Part shown: positions 59,580-64,000 of the stretch, in pieces
Numbering within the stretch: the first letter of the stretch is position 1
Layout of the letters: every line of letters starts with the position of its first letter
Assembly (NCBI GenBank): GCA_965197585.1
Contig: OZ240215.1
Coordinates: forward strand, 2,048,001 to 2,112,000
From: Dehalococcoidia bacterium
Lineage (GTDB): Bacteria > Chloroflexota > Dehalococcoidia > Plut-88900
Reading direction: 5' to 3'
DNA: 64,000 bases
Made by a program: the position numbers and the translations under genes
The notes under the pieces: generated by a model
The model's input: only the letters and a program-made list of their open reading frames with translations
What the model was told of the DNA's origin: nothing
The model's database searches: none

Positions 59580-61112
59580 TCACTCAGCTACTATCGGCTG
59601 GGCCACAATCCACAGGCTCACGACCGTGTAACCGACCATCAACACCACCATCGGGTACTGGCTCCTTATCGCCGCCCGTGAGCCCATCTTCCTCATCGAT
59701 ATTACGTGGGCCACGTACACCGCGATCACGTGTCCGATGACTATCGCCGCTACCCCCACGAACCACACTAGCCGAGCGCTGACTACGGATATCTGCACTT
59801 GCCAGTCCGCCGTACCGAACAGGTCCCAGCCCCACCCAAATGGGTCGGAAATCTCCTTGACGATCAGCTGCCCCTGGATAGCGAGAAACGAGAAGAAGTG
59901 GGCCACGTTGTAGGCCAGCGCGATGGGTATTAGCGATGGTATGTACGCCCGAGCCGTCTCGCCCGTCGAACCCCCCTCCCCCGACGCCAGGTTGGAAATT
60001 CGGCAGGTCAACAGGTAGGCGCCCATGAAAACAAGCGGTGCCGCGATAAGTACAATAGTGGTGTTCAGGTCATTGCGGTAGAACTGGACGTCGGTCAGGA
60101 AGTACCCCTTGACGCTTTGCCAGGCCTCGGTCTCCTTGAACCCGTCCAGCGTCACGGTGGACAGGGCCAGGACTATGAAAACTACCTCTGAGGTTCGAAC
60201 GGATTGGGGATAGGCGAGTCCGGCGCCCGGAGGTCGCAGGTTCAACTCCCGAGCCCCTTTTGCACTCTCGAAACAGTCGTAGCAGTTAACGCATTCCTCA
60301 CCCGACTCTTCACAGGTGAGCTCGCACTGGGCGCACCCCTGGGGGTCTGTGGCACGTACCTCGGTGACAGCGAATTTGGATAGGAAGCGGTAGAGAACGG
60401 CAAAGGCCTCGCCGTACTGAAGCCAGGTGTGCTTGCCGAACAGGAACATCCCGCCGAGAGTAACGACGGTGTAGAAGACAATCATTATCCCGATATGGGT
60501 CGGGGCGCCGGCGTGAACGTACACGTTTTCGATCCATGCAAAGCCAAAGAACAGGACGATTGCCGGCGTAACCCCGAGCTCTTCCGGATACCGGAGCCCG
60601 AGCCCCAACCTCCGGCCACCCGTGAGCCTCGCGTAAAGGGCTGCAGCCCATTCGAAGATAACCTGCCAGGGATTGAGCAGAGCCCACAGGTTCCCCACCA
60701 GCGAGAACAGGTACCCCAACCCCACCCACCACCCCACCCATATGAACGCCACCGAGAAATTCAGTATCGAGGCAGGGTTCCCCCAGAAGGCCGTCGCTAT
60801 CAACAGTCCCAGCGTCGCGACGGAAATCAACCGCAGGAAACTCAGAGTCAGGACGTTTTCCAGCACGGCCCGGAGCCCGCGCAGTCGATAGAGATTCAAA
60901 CGGGCCACGCCTCGGGCGCCGGGCCTGCCCCGAAGGAACATCCCCACAACGACGAATGAGACCAGCACCGTGGCCCCGGCCCCGTACAGGTAGAGCCAAA
61001 GCGGCACCGGAAGATCATACCGCTCCCCAAACCCGTGGGCGTAAGCAATGCCGGGCTGAAACAATACGAGAGCCGCAAGGAACAACCCACCTAGCAACAG
61101 GACTCGCACCAT
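59580..61112 (-). CDS. Polytopic membrane protein with signal peptide, N-terminal His and Cys-rich loop
   Basis: AYA-HGFGERYDLP; many TM segments; CAQCELTC...CVNCYDC; YNVAHF, VIGH.IAV..AH. Confidence 0.8.
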   Translation of the reverse strand: MVRVLLLGGLFLAALVLFQPGIAYAHGFGERYDLPVPLWLYLYGAGATVLVSFVVVGMFLRGRPGARGVARLNLYRLRGLRAVLENVLTLSFLRLISVATLGLLIATAFWGNPASILNFSVAFIWVGWWVGLGYLFSLVGNLWALLNPWQVIFEWAAALYARLTGGRRLGLGLRYPEELGVTPAIVLFFGFAWIENVYVHAGAPTHIGIMIVFYTVVTLGGMFLFGKHTWLQYGEAFAVLYRFLSKFAVTEVRATDPQGCAQCELTCEESGEECVNCYDCFESAKGARELNLRPPGAGLAYPQSVRTSEVVFIVLALSTVTLDGFKETEAWQSVKGYFLTDVQFYRNDLNTTIVLIAAPLVFMGAYLLTCRISNLASGEGGSTGETARAYIPSLIPIALAYNVAHFFSFLAIQGQLIVKEISDPFGWGWDLFGTADWQVQISVVSARLVWFVGVAAIVIGHVIAVYVAHVISMRKMGSRAAIRSQYPMVVLMVGYTVVSLWIVAQPIVAE

Positions 61113-61211
61113 CAAGTTGCGCCCCCCGGATCATGGACCGGCATTAGAGTTCCTGCCATTACCGAGACCTTTATACAAACCCGCACAATAGGGGAAAAGG
61201 AGGTGTCTTAT

Positions 61212-61338
61212 CCCCTCTCCCTCGATGGGAGAGGGCTAGGGTGAGGGTGATCCCTGTCCTGCTGCAACAACTACGCAATGGTTTCTCGACGGGAGAGGGC
61301 TAGGGCCGTAGGCTCGCTGAGGAGAGTGAGGGTGATCC
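61212..61338. repeat. REP-like family B (CCCTCTCCC...GGGAGAGGG-CTAGGGTGAGGG), two copies; third degenerate copy at 59500-59553
   Basis: Palindrome CCCTCTCCC-TCGAT-GGGAGAGGG plus shared tail TGAGGGTGATCC. Confidence 0.7.
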
Positions 61339-61367
61339 GCGGCCCGCAGCAGTTCCCCAAAGACCCC

Positions 61368-62192
61368 CTACCTCGGCAGCACTTCCAGGAATCCAATTAC
61401 GGTCTCTTCAGGAGTGGCAACAGTGCCCTCTCCACCGCTATCATCCATGCCGTCGTGGTCCGTTTCGCCGTCCATGGCGTCATCAACCACGCTCATGTCC
61501 CCGTGTCCCGCGCCGTCGGCGAGGGTCACGGTGGTCATCACGTCTATGTTGTAGTAACAGTGCTCAGTATCGGATAGTCTGGCCATGATGTCGTGCTCAC
61601 CGCCTGACTCTACCAGGACCTTTGCCTCGGGTATCAGGTACATTCCCCGAAGCTCTCCATCAACGTAGAGATGCCAGTGACCCTTGGCTACTTCCCTTTC
61701 GGTCTCGGTCAGGGTCAACTCGAAGTTCTCCAAGACAACCCCGACTTCGATTTCGCCCGCATCGCTCCCCGGCTCCGCGTTCACCTGTATAGTCGGAGGC
61801 TCGGCGCCCTCCGGGAGGGGGACAACGTCGGGACAACCCGAGGTATCGGAGTTGTCATGCGAGTGCCCCCCGACCGCGGCAGGATGCACGGCCATCGCAA
61901 ACCGACCCTCCAGGTCGGCAACAAACTCCATCCTCGTGACCCCTTCTTCGCCTAGCTCATCCTCGAGATCATACCCGTGGAGATGGAGTGTTCCGGCTTC
62001 ATCAGAGGTGATTAAGAGGACAACCGTGTCCCCATTCTTAGCCCTGAACACCGTCGACCCCTGCTCCAGCTCTCTGTCCCGGATATCGAGGTTGAACTCA
62101 ACGGTCTCGGGCACCGACCCCGAGCAGGCCGCTATTAACAGCAACCCTACGGCGGCCAGTCCCACGACCATAAAGCTCACGCGTCTCATCAT
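61368..62192 (-). CDS. His-rich lipoprotein with cupredoxin-like and Ig-like metal-binding motifs
   Basis: Lipobox LIAAC; LHLHGYD...AVH; GHWHLYVDG...GEH...H. Confidence 0.72.
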   Translation of the reverse strand: MMRRVSFMVVGLAAVGLLLIAACSGSVPETVEFNLDIRDRELEQGSTVFRAKNGDTVVLLITSDEAGTLHLHGYDLEDELGEEGVTRMEFVADLEGRFAMAVHPAAVGGHSHDNSDTSGCPDVVPLPEGAEPPTIQVNAEPGSDAGEIEVGVVLENFELTLTETEREVAKGHWHLYVDGELRGMYLIPEAKVLVESGGEHDIMARLSDTEHCYYNIDVMTTVTLADGAGHGDMSVVDDAMDGETDHDGMDDSGGEGTVATPEETVIGFLEVLPR

Positions 62193-62818
62193 CAGTTCTT
62201 ATCCTGCTCCAGAGTGTCAGTGTCAATAACGTCTGAGCCGCCGTTTTGTTGCGCTCTCTTCCTGCGTCGGTCCCAGCGTCTCCACGCTTCCAGCATAGCC
62301 AAGAGAATGGGAAAAGCCAGTACAACTATAAGTATTGCGAAAATCTTGCTGGCCGGGCCCCGAACCTCGAGAGGAAAACTCGCCTCGGCCAGACCCAGGG
62401 GCCCGTCGATGGAAAGTCCCAAGGTCCAAACACCCTCCGCCTCCATGTGGACGTTTACGTCGTACAGGTCCGGGTTCACGGTGGACCTGTTGATGCCGAA
62501 GGAGTTCGCCTCCAGGCCCGACTCTTCAGGCGGAGTGACGGAGAGCGAGAGTGCCGCTTCAGTGATGACTTCCTGAGTAGATGGGTCAGAAATGCTGAAG
62601 GTGAAGTGGACCAGGCCCTCGGTGGGGTTGCCGGGAGTGGAAGTTACAACTACCTGGTACCCTTCCACCTGCTCTTCGAAGATGGTTCGGGTGTCGACTC
62701 CCCCGTTGGCCAACGCCCGAGGCGCGCCCGCTACAATCAGCGCGCCAAACGTGACCAGTATGCCGATGAAAAGGAGCGCAGTTCTAGGACTCACACGAAG
62801 ATGGGAAAGGGAGAACAA
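62192..62818 (-). CDS. Exported Ig-fold (YtkA/FixH-like) protein with C-terminal membrane anchor
   Basis: Signal peptide ALA-N, Y..NVHMEAEGVWTL.LSIDG, C-terminal TM plus basic tail; TGATG coupling to next gene. Confidence 0.65.
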   Translation of the reverse strand: MFSLSHLRVSPRTALLFIGILVTFGALIVAGAPRALANGGVDTRTIFEEQVEGYQVVVTSTPGNPTEGLVHFTFSISDPSTQEVITEAALSLSVTPPEESGLEANSFGINRSTVNPDLYDVNVHMEAEGVWTLGLSIDGPLGLAEASFPLEVRGPASKIFAILIVVLAFPILLAMLEAWRRWDRRRKRAQQNGGSDVIDTDTLEQDKN

Positions 62819-62830
62819 ACCAGGTACCGG

Positions 62831-62995
62831 CTATCCGTCGCTCAATCCCGATACAAAGGTGATCTCTTCAAGGTCTTTGCGGCAGTCGGGGCAGCGGCGT
62901 GTCTTGTACATCCGGATCGTAGCGTCGATGTCCATGTATTCCTTGTCCCGCGGGACCTTGCTCCAGATCACGTCGCAGGAATTGCAGATCAACAC
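62831..62995 (-). CDS. Small CxxC-CxxC (zinc-ribbon-like) protein
   Basis: CNSC...CPDC; GC3-biased codons; start uncertain (GTG 62995 or TTG 63043). Confidence 0.5.
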   Translation of the reverse strand: MLICNSCDVIWSKVPRDKEYMDIDATIRMYKTRRCPDCRKDLEEITFVSGLSDG

Positions 62996-63103
62996 GTTGG
63001 CATTCGCTGAATATTCGCCTGTCCACTCGTCGCCGCGTAGCAACTAATTTTATCACACCCCCTCCCCCATCCCCGACTCCGCTCTGGAATCCATCCCGCG
63101 GGG

Positions 63104-63246
63104 CATTCCGTTCGCCCTGAGCAAAGTCGAAGGGTTTCAAGAGCGGAATGGGGCAGGGCATTCCGCTCGCCCTGTCGAAGATGCGCCGGGGCGTAAGCGC
63201 GCTGTAAGTCCGCCGAGGCGGATCGAAGGGTCTCAAGAGCAGCATG
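63104..63246. repeat. REP-like repeat family A, tandem copies 3 and 4
   Basis: CATTCCGTTCGCCCTGAGCAAAGTCGAAGGGTTTCAAGAGCGGAATG, then an expanded copy. Confidence 0.75.
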
Positions 63247-63272
63247 GGGCGGGCCTCCCCCCGACGCGCGAA

Positions 63273-63303
63273 ACACGGGCCCGAGCTAAGCCCGGGCCCG
63301 TGT
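63273..63303 (-). terminator. Hairpin after vWA gene
   Basis: ACACGGGCCCG...CGGGCCCGTGT followed by TT on minus strand. Confidence 0.5.
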
Positions 63304-63328
63304 CCCAAACTTTGTGCCGAAAGTGCCT

Positions 63329-64000
63329 CTAAGGACTGTACCCCGAACCCCCAGACCCGCCTTCGTAGCTGGGCAGTGTATTGACCAGGTGACCTAGCAG
63401 GTATGCGAAATCGTTGTACGAGTCCAGGTGCGACATGGACATCCTAAGGGATCCCAACCAGCTCTCCAGGGCCCTCAGATCATCCCCAATCACGGATCCT
63501 CCCTCCGCCTCCACGTATGGCAGAGCGCCGTACCTGTCGGAAGCCAGGGCTACTATGGACCCGAACCGCAGCATGTCGTCACTCGGCTCCTCGAAGCGAA
63601 CGTTCTGGTAGCCCCGGATCTCCGTGTCCTGCTGTCTCGTTTCGCCACTGATGGGGGTCACCCACCTGACATGTACGTCTCCCAGCCTGATGGCCTGTCC
63701 GCTCCAGTCGTCGACTCGGCGTGTCAGCGCCAGTTCGTAAAAGACGGTTGTGGCAGTGCCTGAGGGAATCTCTGCGAACTCCTTGCGATTCTCCACAAAG
63801 GACTCGTCAGGAGTTATACGGTTTTCGTATCCTATCAGCCGCCAGGAATTCACCGTCGAGGGGTCCCATTGCACCTGCGCTCGAGTCTGGTCGGCAAATG
63901 GAGTCGAGATTGTGGTCCAGTTTTCCCGGCTGAACGTGGCCCGGGCCTGGTTTGCATCATCCAGGTACCTGTACCATCCGTTGCCGTACTGCGCCAGCTG
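63329..64000 (-). CDS. vWA / YfbK (DUF3520)-like protein, C-terminal part
   Basis: QLAQYGNGWYRY, WRLIGYENR, FAEIPSG..TTVFYEL; open to window edge. Confidence 0.75.
   Translation of the reverse strand, partial: QLAQYGNGWYRYLDDANQARATFSRENWTTISTPFADQTRAQVQWDPSTVNSWRLIGYENRITPDESFVENRKEFAEIPSGTATTVFYELALTRRVDDWSGQAIRLGDVHVRWVTPISGETRQQDTEIRGYQNVRFEEPSDDMLRFGSIVALASDRYGALPYVEAEGGSVIGDDLRALESWLGSLRMSMSHLDSYNDFAYLLGHLVNTLPSYEGGSGGSGYSP

Overview
A GC-rich bacterial chromosomal window, most consistent with Chloroflexota (Dehalococcoidia/SAR202-like). This is inferred from gene content: a str operon with no tuf after fusA, an F420-dependent PPOX protein, and paralogous SDR, CoA-transferase and amidohydrolase genes. 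The core is the str-S10-spc-alpha ribosomal superoperon (rpsL to rplQ, truA, rplM, rpsI; ~14.0-34.8 kb). It is followed by a SAM-cycle/methionine-salvage cluster (mtnA, mtnP, rhodanese, ahcY, metK, PGM, PGI/PMI) and prfA-prmC. The flanks hold catabolic enzymes, five tRNAs, two toxin-antitoxin modules and small accessory genes. The most notable items are: (1) an integrase-less ~0.7 kb islet bounded by a 56-bp tRNA-Leu(TAA) repeat, carrying BrnT and a truncated antitoxin, followed by a separately expressed 41-aa Gly-rich microprotein; (2) a candidate copper/metal-handling operon at 59.6-63.0 kb; (3) a solo Cas4-like nuclease facing a 3-TM protein; (4) a small gene plus retropepsin pair with an in-frame amber codon; (5) nested REP-like palindromes; (6) long acidic tails on L13, L4, S3 and RpoA; (7) three tandem CE4 deacetylase paralogs. 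No CRISPR array, rRNA, integrase or transposase was seen. All family calls come from motif recognition by eye, not database searches.
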